A stretch of 64,000 bases of DNA from an uncultured Chloroflexia bacterium (GTDB lineage: Bacteria > Chloroflexota > Limnocylindria > Limnocylindrales > CSP1-4). A program made the translations under genes and the position numbers. Shown one piece after another: positions 54,631 to 64,000 of the stretch (within the stretch, counting starts at the first letter, position 1; each line of letters starts with the position of its first letter). Below the pieces are notes generated by a model that saw nothing but the letters and a program-made list of their open reading frames with translations, was not told the origin of the DNA and searched no databases. The DNA is taken from NCBI GenBank assembly GCA_963816675.1, contig CAWFLS010000005.1:100212-164211 (forward strand), given 5' to 3'.

Positions 54631-56057
54631 CTATCGCGGTTCGATCGGCGCGCTGCCCGGGGCGAGCCGTTCCGGCGGGGGCATCGGTCGCGCGCTCGCG
54701 TCGGCCGTCTCCTCGCTCCCGGCCCAGTCGTCGCGGACCGGCCAGATCAGCCACAGCCCGATGAGCATCGTGACGAGCAGGCTGACGACAGCGACCTGGT
54801 ATGCGCCGTTCCCCAGGCGGTCGACCAGAAGGAAGATCGTCGCGCCGTAGAGCACTTGCCCGATCGCCTGCGAGCCCTTGCCGACCAGGCCGTAGATCCC
54901 GAAGAACTCGCCGATCTTGTCTGGCGGCGACAGGCGGACCATCAGCACGCGGTCCGCGACCTGGACGCCGCCCAGGCCGGAGCCGAGGATCGCTCCGGCG
55001 ACGAGGAACGGCACGAGCCCGGATGACCCGAAGCCGATGGCCACGCCGCCCAGCACGAGCCCGACCGCCCATGTCATCAGCACCCAGGACAAGGGTCTTC
55101 TTCGGCCCCTGTCGGTCGGCGAGCCAGCCCCAGACGAAGCTCATCACGATCGCGACGAACGTGAGCATCAGCAGGATGAGGTTCGACTCCCTCGCCGTCA
55201 GACCCATCGTCTGCACGACGACGACGCTCATCACGACGATCACGGTGCTGACCGCATCCGAGTAAAAGAACCGGCCCGCGAGGAATCGCCACAAGCCCGG
55301 GAACCTCGCCGGCGTCGGCGATCGATCGTCGGAGCTGCCCGAGCGCATCGGTCATGTCCCGGCGTGTCAGCGGTTGTTCGTCGGGTCTGCGCGGCTCACG
55401 CACGAACCAGAAGATCGGGATCGCGAACAGCAGGAACAGGACCGCCGTCACCCGAAACCGGTCGACGACGGCGATGTCGAGGACAAAGATGAGCAACCCA
55501 ACGAATACCGTGCCCATGTACCCGATCCCGGTGCCGATCCCCGACAGCTTGCCCCGCGTCGCTGGATACGAGACGGTCTTGAGCGTCGCGTCGTAGTAGA
55601 TCAGCGAGGCCTGGTACGCGAAGTTCGCGACGATGAACAGCCCGAGCCCGATGATCGGCGGGACGTCGACGATGAAGAACGTCGTCCCGATGCAAAGGAG
55701 CGTGAAGAACAGCAGGAACGGCATCCGACGGCCGCCGCGATCCGAAAGCGCCCCGAGGATCGGCGAAACAAGCGCGTTCAGCCCGACGCTGACGATGATC
55801 GCGATCGACAGCAGCGCGTTGCCGTCGCGCTCGCCGAACTGGCGGTCGTCGATGAGGTAGAGCCCGATCGCGCCCGAGACCACCGCGAACGAGAACATGG
55901 TGTTGGCGAAGTCGTACAGGGCCCAGGCGGCGGGAACGGTAGCCCGGCCGCTCGGCGTCAGACCCGCAAGCCCTCTGGGCGCGACCTCGGACGCGTCCAC
56001 CCCGGAACCCCGCGCGCCCGAGGGCGCGGGACCCTCGGACGAACCGGTGCTGGACAC
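54631..56057 (-). CDS. MFS transporter (UMF1/Atg22-like), frameshifted
   Basis: AWALYDFANTMF, SPILGALSDRGG, RGKLSGIGTGIGYMG, FFYSDAV, and GEFFGIYGLVGK. Confidence 0.87.
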
Positions 56058-56097
56058 CGCGCGATGATATCGGCGACCGAACGCGTACGATGCATCG

Positions 56098-56802
56098 GTG
56101 ACGACGACGGACGACGCCCGGAGCCTGCTCGCGACCCTCCGACCACAACCATTCGGTAAGAGCTCGTCGCAGGCCGCCGTCGACCCCATCATCGAGCCGC
56201 TGTGGCTCGGCGTGCGGGTGCTCGCCGCAGTCGATCAGGCCGGCGCGGTCCTGATCGACGAAGAGGGCGAGCCTGTCCTGGATCAGGATCGGGTCGCCAT
56301 CGCACTCGCCGTCGCGGCAAAGGCCGACAGCGTCATCCTTGACGGATATCTCACGAAGCAGGTCTCACACAGCGATGAGGCGACGTACTTCCGGCCACCG
56401 CCCGACCTGACCCCGACGGCGGGCCAGACCGTGAACCGGATGATGTTCGGGATCCGCCGCAACCGCGCCGACGAGCGGATGGCGGAGATGGAAGCGGCCC
56501 GCGAGGCGCGGACGTTCGGCCCCGACGACCCCATCACGTTCATGGCCATCGATCTCCTCTGGCTCGATGGCGAGTCGCTGCTCGACATCCCGCTCCTCGA
56601 GCGAAAGCGGATCCTCGAGTCCGTGCTCATCGAGTCCGAGGTCGTCCGCTGCGGGCTGTACGTCCGCCCGCCGATCGAGCCATGGATCGGCTCGTGGCGA
56701 ACGCAGGGGTTCACCGGGCTGACGTTCAAGGCCGCCAACAGTCGCTATTCGCCTGGCGTCGCCTCGAAGGACTGGGCCGCCGGCCCGATGCCCCGCCGAT
56801 AG
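56098..56802 (+). CDS. ATP-dependent DNA ligase adenylation-domain homolog, catalytically degenerate
   Basis: EPLWLGVR replaces ExKxDGxR; LDGYL; IDLLWLDGESLLDIPLLERKRILE; GFTGLTFKAANSRYSPG..SKDW. Confidence 0.72.
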   Translation: MTTTDDARSLLATLRPQPFGKSSSQAAVDPIIEPLWLGVRVLAAVDQAGAVLIDEEGEPVLDQDRVAIALAVAAKADSVILDGYLTKQVSHSDEATYFRPPPDLTPTAGQTVNRMMFGIRRNRADERMAEMEAAREARTFGPDDPITFMAIDLLWLDGESLLDIPLLERKRILESVLIESEVVRCGLYVRPPIEPWIGSWRTQGFTGLTFKAANSRYSPGVASKDWAAGPMPRR

Positions 56803-56887
56803 CCGGTCGTCGGAGGACGCCCTCCTGCAAGGCGTCCGCAAGCCGGCGTTGATGGCACATCGTGGCCCGCGATGCTACGGTGACGCC

Positions 56888-58314
56888 GTGCCCCAGACTG
56901 CCCTGCCTCCGGCGATCCGCGACCAGATCCAGCGGCTCGACCGGGCCGACATCATGGTCGGCATCCCAAGCTTCAAGAACGCCGCCACGATCGGCTATGT
57001 CGTCCGCGCCGCGCAGGCAGGCCTCGTCCAGTATTTCCCCGACCTCCACCCGGTCGTCGTCAACGCCGACGCCGACTCGCCCGATGGGACCGGCCGCGTC
57101 GTCATCGAGACCGAGCCGCCGGACTACATCGAGAAGATCCTCCTGGTCCGCCCGACGAACCGGCTCGACCGGGTCAGCCTGACCTATCCGCATATCGAGG
57201 GGATCGGCGGAAAGGGTGCGGCACTCAGGACGATCTTCGAGATCGCCGCCGCGCTCGAGGTCCAGGCGCTCGTCGTCGTCGATAGCGACCTACGCAGCAT
57301 CGTCCCCGAATGGATCGAGCTTCTAGCGGGACCGATCCTCAAGGGCGGCTACGACTTCGTCGCCCCCTTGTACGCCCGCTACAAGTACGACGGGACGATC
57401 ACCAACACCGTCACCTACCCGCTGACGCGCGCGCTGTACGGCCACCGGATCCGGCAGCCGATCGGCGGCGACTTCGGCGTCTCGGGCGATCTCGTGCGGC
57501 ACTATCTCCAGCTCGACGACTGGACTCCGGATATCAGCCGGTTCGGGATCGACATCTGGATGACCACGTCGGCCCTTGCCGGCGGGTTCGCGGTCTGTCA
57601 GACCCGGCTTGGGGCGAAGATCCACGATCCCAAGGATCCGGGTGCCGATCTCGGGCCGATGTTCCGCCAGGTCGTCGGGACGATCCTGCGCCTCGCCAAC
57701 CGGTATCCCGAGCACTGGCTGTCGATCCGTGGCAGCCATGACGTCCCGGCCTACGGCTTCGAGCGGATCATCGATCCGCCACCGCTCGAGGTGAACACGC
57801 TCCGACTGCTGTCCGAGTTCCACGCCGGCTCGCTGACCCTCGCCGACACGTGGACCCGAATGCTGGCGCCGGCAACCGCGGCGACCGTGCTGGAGCTCGC
57901 TGCCGACGCCGGCCGCCTCGGGGACACGGCAAGGACGCGCGCTCGGGCTGGGCGGTGACGTCGCGTCCACGAGCGCCACGACGCTCGAGATGGCCGAGGC
58001 CGTGAGCGAGTTCGTTTTCCCGGACGACCTGTGGGCCCGCGTGATCTACGACCTCGTGGTCACCGCCCGCGATCCGCAGCCCGTCGCTCGAGACCCTCGT
58101 CGCGGCGCTCGTCCCGATCTACTTCGGCCGCGTCGGAAGCTTCGTCATCGAGAACCGGAATGTGACGACCGCGCAGGCCGAGGAACGGGTGGAACGACAG
58201 GCTCGGGCGTTCGAGCTGCTGAAGCCGTATCTCATCGATCGCTGGAACGAGGCTGCGACCAACGCCGCGACCAAGGCCGCCACCGGCGCCACTGCGAGCG
58301 AGGCCGCCACGTGA
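56888..58314 (+). CDS. Glycosyltransferase, glucosylglycerate/mannosylglycerate synthase-like (frameshifted)
   Basis: VGIPSFKNAATI, GKGAALRTIFE, VDSDLRSI, KYDGTITN, IRQPIGGDFG, FGIDIWMT, and PIYFGRVGSF. Confidence 0.82.
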
Positions 58315-60301
58315 ACCCCAAGGCCGGGCCGCTCCCCGCGCGGATCCTGATCCCGGTCGCCAATCCGCTGACCGCCGAGGAGCTGATCCGGCTCGGCGCG
58401 GCGATGCTCGATCGGCGGGCCGGCGAGATCTCGGCCCTCAGCATCGTCGAGGTCCCTGACGGCATGCCGCTGTCCGAGGGCGCGACGCGAGCCCGCCACG
58501 CCCGCCGGCTTCTGCAGAAGGTCCTCGACTACGCGCCCGACGGGACGACGATCCACCCGATCGTCCGGATCGGCCGCCATGCCGCCGAAGGCATCATCGA
58601 AGCGGCGTCCGAGCAGGAGGCGGATCTCATCATCTTCGGTTGGGGCGGGCGCGCCGCCGGCGGGCAGGCTGGCGGCATGCCGACCGCCTTCTCCCCGACG
58701 ATCGACGAGGTCGTCCGCGAATCGCCCTGCGACATCGCCGTGGTCAAGCAGCGCGGGTCGAAGCAGATCCAACGGGTCCTGGTCCCGGTCCGTGGTGGCC
58801 CCCACGCCGAGCTCGCCCTCCGCTACGCCGACGCCATCGCCCGCTACCACGACGCGACGGTCGTCGTCCTCCACCTGGTTCCGCCGGGGATCACCCAGGC
58901 CGTCCGGACGCAGGCCGAGCGCGCGCTCAATGCGTTCATGAAGCAGCACATCTCCGGTCGCGGCGAGGCGCTCTTGCGCGAGGCACCCAACGTGCGCACC
59001 GCGATCCTGCGCGAGGCCGAGAAGGCGGACCTTGTCGTCATGGGCGGCTCGGCCCAGCCCGGCGGCGCCGGCGGCGAGACCTATCTCTTCGGTTCGCTCC
59101 CCGAGGCGATCGCCGCACGCGCTCGGGCATCGGTGGTGGTCGTCAAGACCCGCGAGCGGATCGAACGCTCGACATTCGAGCAGCTCGCCGCGCGTGCCGA
59201 GACCCTCGCAGCCGCCGACCGAGCCGCCGAGGAAGCCCGCGAGATCCCGGCCCGAGTCGAGCGCTGGTTCGGCGAGGCGAACTTCCATCACGCCGAATTC
59301 TCGGACCTTCGCCGCCTGGTGACCCTCAAGGACAAGCAGAAGCTGACGATCAGCCTGGTCCTCCCCACGCTCAACGAGGAGGAGACGATCGGTCCGATCG
59401 TCCGCCGGGCCATCCGCGAGATGGTCGGGCGCGTGCCGCTCCTCGACGAGATCCTTGTCATCGACTCGGCGTCGACTGACCGGACGCGTGAGATCGCCGA
59501 GGCGGAAGGCGCCCGGGTCGTCCAGCATCCCGACGTCCTTTCGCGATACGGCTCGTTCCCCGGGAAGGGTGAGGCCCTCTGGAAGTCGCTGTACGAGACG
59601 ACCGGGGACATCGTCATCTGGGCCGACACGGACGTGAAGCACTGGCACCCGCGGATGGTCTACGGAACGCTCGGCCCGCTCCTCGTCGAGCCCCGCCTGC
59701 AGTACGTCAAGGGGTACTACCAGCGGCCGATCGTCGAGGGCGGACTGCTCAAGGAGGGCGGCGGCGGACGCGTCACGGAGCTGGTCGCGCGCCCGCTCAT
59801 CAACCTGTTTTACCCGGAGCTCTCCGGGATGATCCAGCCGTTGGCTGGCGAATACGCGGGGCGACGTTCGCACCTCGAGATCGATCCCGTTCTTCACCGG
59901 GTACGCCGTCGAGATCGGCCACCTCATCGACACCGCAGATCGCCTTGGGCATCGGCGCACTCGGACAGGTCGACCTCGAGCGGCGCGTCCACCGCAACCA
60001 GGAGCTCGAGGGCCTGTCGCGGATGTCGTTCGTGATCCTCCAGGCCGTCATGAAGCGGTTGGAAGAGCGCCGAAAGGCCCGACTGTTCGCAGAGCTGGGC
60101 TCGACGATGAAGCTGCCGCGGTCGGGGCACGGGCGGTTGTCGCTCGAGGTGATCGAGCTCGCCGACCAGGAGCGGCCTCCGATGATCCGGATCCCGGAGT
60201 ACCTGGAACGCCGGCACGCGGCTGGAGCAGGCGGGCCGGCCGGCTCGAACGGCTCGACACCGGAGCCGCGCGGAGCACCTGCCCGGGCTGCTCGGCGCTG
60301 A
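58311..60301 (+). CDS. gpgS: Two universal-stress (USP) domains fused to glucosyl-3-phosphoglycerate synthase
   Basis: USP motifs RILIPVANP and RVLVPVRGGPHA; GpgS motifs LPTLNEEETI, GKGEALWKSL, GGGRVTELVARPL, QPLAGEYA, and QVDLERRVHRNQ. Confidence 0.87.
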
Positions 60302-60313
60302 CGAACGCCGTCG

Positions 60314-61436
60314 ATGAGCCGCGCCCTCACCGTCCTCGTCGCTCCTGACTCGTTCAAGGGCTCGCTGACATCGGTGCAGGTGGCCCGGGCGATCGCGGAC
60401 GGCTGGGCTCGTGCGCGCTCGGACGACGCGATCGTGCTTTGCCCGCTGGCGGACGGCGGCGAGGGGACGCTCGAGGCGATCGCGGCGTCGGGTGGCTGGA
60501 CGCGGCAGGAAGCGGAGGTGACCGGTCCGCTTGGGGACAAGGTGACCGCCCGATGGCTCCGCTCCGTCGATGGCTCCCGAGCCGTCATCGAGATGGCCCA
60601 GGCGTCGGGTCTGTCACTCGTCGAACCCGGTGAACGCGATGCGATCGCGGCGAGCTCGGTGGGGACCGGAGAACTGATCCGGCACGCGCTCGATGCCGGT
60701 GTCGCGTCGATCGTGCTCGGGATCGGCGGCAGCGCCACGACGGACGGCGGAGCGGGCCTGCTTCGCGGGCTCGGCGCGAAGGCGGATCGCGATGCGCCCG
60801 AGGCCGATCTCGACGGCCTCGATCCGCGACTCGCCGATGTGTCGCTCGCGGTCGCCTGCGATGTCTCCAATCCGCTGCTCGGGCCGAACGGCGCGGCCGC
60901 CATCTACGGCCCGCAGAAGGGCGCGACCCAGACCGATGTCTCGGACCTCGACCGGCGGCTGTTCGGGTTCGCGGCGGCGCTCGAGCGTTCCGTCGATGCC
61001 GTCATTCGCGACAAGCCCGGGCGCGGGCGCTGCCGGCGGAGTCGGCTTCGCGTTGCTCGCCATCGGTCCGCGGTTTCGGTCGTTCGCCCTGCGACCCGGG
61101 GTGGAGCTGCTCATGGAGGCCACCGACTTCGATGCCCGCCTCGCGCGCGCCGACATCGTGATCACCGGCGAAGGCCGCATCGATGCCCAGACGGCGTTCG
61201 GCAAGACGGCCCTCGGGGTCGCCCAGCGAGCGCAGGCGGCCGGGGTGCCGTGCATCGCGATCGGGGGCGGCGTCGAACCCGGAGGGGATCGTCGCTCTCG
61301 CGTCGGTCGGTGCCGTCTCGGTACCCGTCGTCGAGCGTCCGATGGCGGTCGAACACGCGATGGCCGCCGGAACAGCGCCGGTCGAGCGGTGCGCGAGAAC
61401 GGATCGCGTCGGCTCCTCTCGCTCGAATTGACTTAG
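60314..61436 (+). CDS. glxK: Glycerate kinase (frameshifted)
   Basis: APDSFKGSL, PLADGGEGT, GIGGSATTDGG, YGPQKGA, GAGAAGG, and TGEGRIDAQTAFGK. Confidence 0.9.
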
Positions 61437-61456
61437 TCCACCGCTTAGTCCACCAT
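61428..61456 (+). promoter_or_regulatory. Promoter TTGACT-N17-CACCAT containing a tandem operator-like repeat
   Basis: CTTAGTCCACC occurs at 61432-61442 and 61444-61454; the -10 is 6 nt before ATG 61463. Confidence 0.72.
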
Positions 61457-61462
61457 CGCGGC

Positions 61463-61721
61463 ATGGTCACGACGTACAACGTCCACGACGCAAAGACCCA
61501 CTTCTCGCAGCTGCTGGAGCGAGTCCAGAACGGCGAGGAGATCGTCATCGCGAAGGCAGGCAGGCCAGTCGCGCGTCTGACCGCGATCACCGAGCGCCCC
61601 GCGAGAGCGGGTGCCGGGCAACGACAAGATCGTGATCCATCCCGACTTCGACGATCCGCTGCCCGAGTGGGATCCCGACTACATGCACCCGGAGGATCCG
61701 ATGCGCGAATCGATCCGTTGA
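61463..61721 (+). CDS. Phd/YefM-family antitoxin (frameshift near 61605)
   Basis: MVTTYNVHDAKTHFSQLLERVQNGEEIVIAKAGRPVARL...IHPDFDDPLP. Confidence 0.88.
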
Positions 61722-62108
61722 GGCTCTTGCTCGATACTCACACGTTCCTTTGGTGGTCGTCGCAGCGAGGAGCGCAACTGTCCGAACATGCGCGGGAGCT
61801 GCTGGCGGACGGGACTACGGACGCGTCCTTCTCCGTCGTCTCGGCCTGGGAGATCGCCATCAAGGTGGGCGCGGGACGGATGGACCTGCCCGACAGCGTC
61901 GAGCGATACGTCCCCGACCGGATCCGACACGCACGGCTTCGATCTATTGCCGATCGAGCTGTCCCACGTCTTCAGAGCGGGAGCGCTGCCGACGATCCAC
62001 AGGGACCCGTTCGACCGGATGCTGGTCGCACAGGCACAGGTGGAAGGCATCCCGATCCTCACGGCTGACCCCGCGATCTCGCGCTACGACGTCGAGACGA
62101 TCTGGTGA
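61718..62108 (+). CDS. vapC: VapC PIN-domain toxin (frameshift near 61930)
   Basis: TTG start; LLLDTHTFLW, SVVSAWEIAIK, HRDPFDRMLVAQA, and LTADP. Confidence 0.9.
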
Positions 62109-62992
62109 GCACTCTGACGCCGCGCCCCGCAGACGTGGACGAACCCGGGACCGGCGCCGAGCCCACGAAAGCCTCCAAGCCTCGAGCGAAGGCCCGTCCA
62201 CGGAGGCGACGGTTCTCGAACCCGGGCCGAACCTGGGCCAAACGGCTGGAGCGCTACCGACCCGGCCTCGTGCCGTACGTGCTCGATGGCCTGGCCGAGC
62301 GCTATGGCAGGCCCGTCTGGCAGCGTCGCCTGGACCCGACGTCGGAGCTCATCCTCACGATCCTGACCCAGAACAGCGCCGACACGAACGCCGAGGTCGC
62401 GTTCGAGGCGCTTCGCCACAAGTACCCAGGCACCGGTGAGCCACGTCCGCACAATCCCGGTCCCGGTTGGGGTGGTGAGGGATTGCCGGACGGCATCGCG
62501 CCCGACTGGCCCGCGGTCGAGTACGCGCCACTCCCCGAACTGGTCGACACGATCCGCCCGGGCGGGCTGGCCAACCAGAAGGCGCCGCGGATCCAGGCGG
62601 CACTGCGCACGATCCGCGAGGAACGCGGCGACCACTCCCTCGAGTTCCTCGGCGACATGTCCGCACTCGAGGCGCGCGAGTGGCTGACCAAGATCGACGG
62701 CATCGGCAAGAAGACCGCGTCGGTCCTGCTCCTGTTCTCGTTCGGCCTGCCGCTGATGCCCGTCGATCGGCACGTCGAGCGGGTGGCCGCGAGGATCGGC
62801 CTCATCGGGCCGAGGACGACCGCCGACGAAGCGCACGACCTCTTCCTCGGCATGCTCGAGCCCGACCAGATGTACGAGGCCCACGTCAACCTCATCCAGC
62901 ACGGCCGCGTCATCTGCCACGCCCGGCGCCCGAACTGTCCCGAATGCCCGGTCCGTCTCCGCTGCCGCTACTTCGACCCCAAGGCTCCCTGA
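62105..62992 (+). CDS. nth: Endonuclease III-family (HhH-GPD) DNA glycosylase with 4Fe-4S motif
   Basis: LILTILTQN, IDGIGKKTA, PVDRHVER, and CHARRPNCPECPVRLRC. Confidence 0.85.
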   Translation: MSTLTPRPADVDEPGTGAEPTKASKPRAKARPRRRRFSNPGRTWAKRLERYRPGLVPYVLDGLAERYGRPVWQRRLDPTSELILTILTQNSADTNAEVAFEALRHKYPGTGEPRPHNPGPGWGGEGLPDGIAPDWPAVEYAPLPELVDTIRPGGLANQKAPRIQAALRTIREERGDHSLEFLGDMSALEAREWLTKIDGIGKKTASVLLLFSFGLPLMPVDRHVERVAARIGLIGPRTTADEAHDLFLGMLEPDQMYEAHVNLIQHGRVICHARRPNCPECPVRLRCRYFDPKAP

Positions 62993-63050
62993 GCGGGTCG
63001 CCTCGGCGATCTCGGCCGGTCGGCGGATGGTCGCCCGTATACTCCGGGCC

Positions 63051-63872
63051 ATGTTCAGTGGACCGGGCGGCGCCGAGGGACGCGGCGCCCCACGCATCCT
63101 CCTGGTCGACGACGACCGGGGGGTGCTGGTGCCACTGGCGGAGCAGCTCAGCCAGGACGGGTTTGACGTCACCACCGCGCGTGACGGGGAGGAGGCCCTG
63201 CGTCGGCTCGATGCGGCTTGGCCGGACCTCCTCATCATCGACCTCCTGATGCCGAGGATGGACGGGCTGACGCTGGCACGCGAGATCAAGGCTCGGGCGG
63301 ATCTTCCGATCATCGTGCTGTCGGCCATCGATGCGGGCGACAACAAGGCGGACCTCCTCGACGAGTTCGCGGAGGACTACGTCACGAAGCCCTACCACTA
63401 CTCGGAGCTGCGGGCGCGGATCCAGCGCGTCCTCCGACGGGTCGGCGAGCGGGTGCCGCGCAAGAGCCTGGAATTGGGCCCCGATCTGTCCCTCGAGCTT
63501 CATCGCCGTCAGGCGATCGTCCGCGGAGAGGCAGTGGCACTCACGCCCATCGAGTCGAGGCTGCTCTACGCGCTGGCGGCGAACCTCGGCAGGACCGTGA
63601 CGACCGACACGCTCCTGGCCCGGGGCTGGGTCGACACCGACGAGGCCGAGCCGTCCTACGTCTGGGTCACGATGCGCCGCCTGCGACAGAAGCTCGAGAC
63701 AGACCCGAACCGGCCACGCCACCTCCTGACGGTGCGCGGAGTGGGGTATCAGCTCGTCGCGACGCCAGCCGCCGCCGCCGACGATCACGACCGATGCGAC
63801 GACGCGACCGACGCGACCGAGGCGACCGGCGCGACCGACGCCGCGACTGCACGCGAGCGACGCCGCGGCTAG
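63051..63872 (+). CDS. OmpR/KdpE-family response regulator
   Basis: ILLVDDD, DLLMPRMDG, DYVTKPY, LTPIESRLL, and LRQKLETDPNRPRHLLTVRGVGY; TATACT is 7 nt before the ATG. Confidence 0.92.
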   Translation: MFSGPGGAEGRGAPRILLVDDDRGVLVPLAEQLSQDGFDVTTARDGEEALRRLDAAWPDLLIIDLLMPRMDGLTLAREIKARADLPIIVLSAIDAGDNKADLLDEFAEDYVTKPYHYSELRARIQRVLRRVGERVPRKSLELGPDLSLELHRRQAIVRGEAVALTPIESRLLYALAANLGRTVTTDTLLARGWVDTDEAEPSYVWVTMRRLRQKLETDPNRPRHLLTVRGVGYQLVATPAAAADDHDRCDDATDATEATGATDAATARERRRG

Positions 63873-64000
63873 CGCACCCGACCGCGTCGTCCCGATCGAC
63901 GGATGAGCCCGGCGGAGCCGACCGATCCCGCGACCCGCTCGGCCGGACCCGAGACATCAACCAGGGCACCCGCGGCGACATCGGCGCTCGCCCGCCGGCT

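Noticed and set aside
31809-59960. Long opposite-strand ORFs (e.g. 31809-33605, 33416-35026, 42946-44661, 58119-59960)
   Set aside because: They are antisense to well-supported genes and expected from GC-rich codon bias.
60314-62068. Glycerate kinase-antitoxin-toxin fusion ORF (584 aa)
   Set aside because: It is a frameshift chimera. The TA pair has its own promoter.
1053-62108. Many frameshifts suggesting pseudogenes or programmed frameshifting
   Set aside because: Single-base indels hit housekeeping genes (pdxS, galE, tRNA nucleotidyltransferase) throughout, with no other decay. This fits long-read error better.
63796-63847. 9-bp GCGACCGAC-type microrepeat in the response-regulator tail
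   Set aside because: It is in-frame, imperfect low-complexity sequence with no sign of phase variation.
1-64000. Mobile elements, tRNA or rRNA genes
   Set aside because: No integrase, transposase, terminal repeats or recognisable structural RNA genes were seen. The excisionase-like HTH sits in a metabolic cluster.

Overview
This is a GC-rich bacterial chromosome segment, probably Chloroflexota or another Terrabacteria lineage (inferred from gene content). Many otherwise intact genes carry single-base frameshifts, which fits an unpolished long-read assembly, so split genes are joined below and some ends are approximate. The main signal is a signalling locus at 4.8-18.8 kb. It holds six paralogous multi-TM proteins that each stop just after the first helices and strand of an apparent GAF domain, and one soluble protein that starts with the rest of a GAF domain followed by a SpoIIE/PP2C phosphatase and an RsbW-like kinase domain. 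Two STAS proteins follow, and a divergent SARP/BTAD-NTPase-TPR regulator precedes the locus. Three promoters there share one architecture (CGTAACG-N4-CCSGACG-N9-[-10]). Together these suggest a split-GAF, interchangeable-sensor partner-switching system. The rest of the window has three large repeat-rich secreted proteins (two are mosaic paralogs with long 5' leaders), a leucine-catabolism cluster whose biotin carboxylase appears fused to an HTH, and a glucosylglycerate cluster with a USP-USP-GpgS fusion. It also has a degenerate DNA-ligase-like protein, two VapBC-type modules plus one putative toxin-antitoxin pair, pdxST, galE, a CCA-type nucleotidyltransferase, nth, and many apparently leaderless genes.
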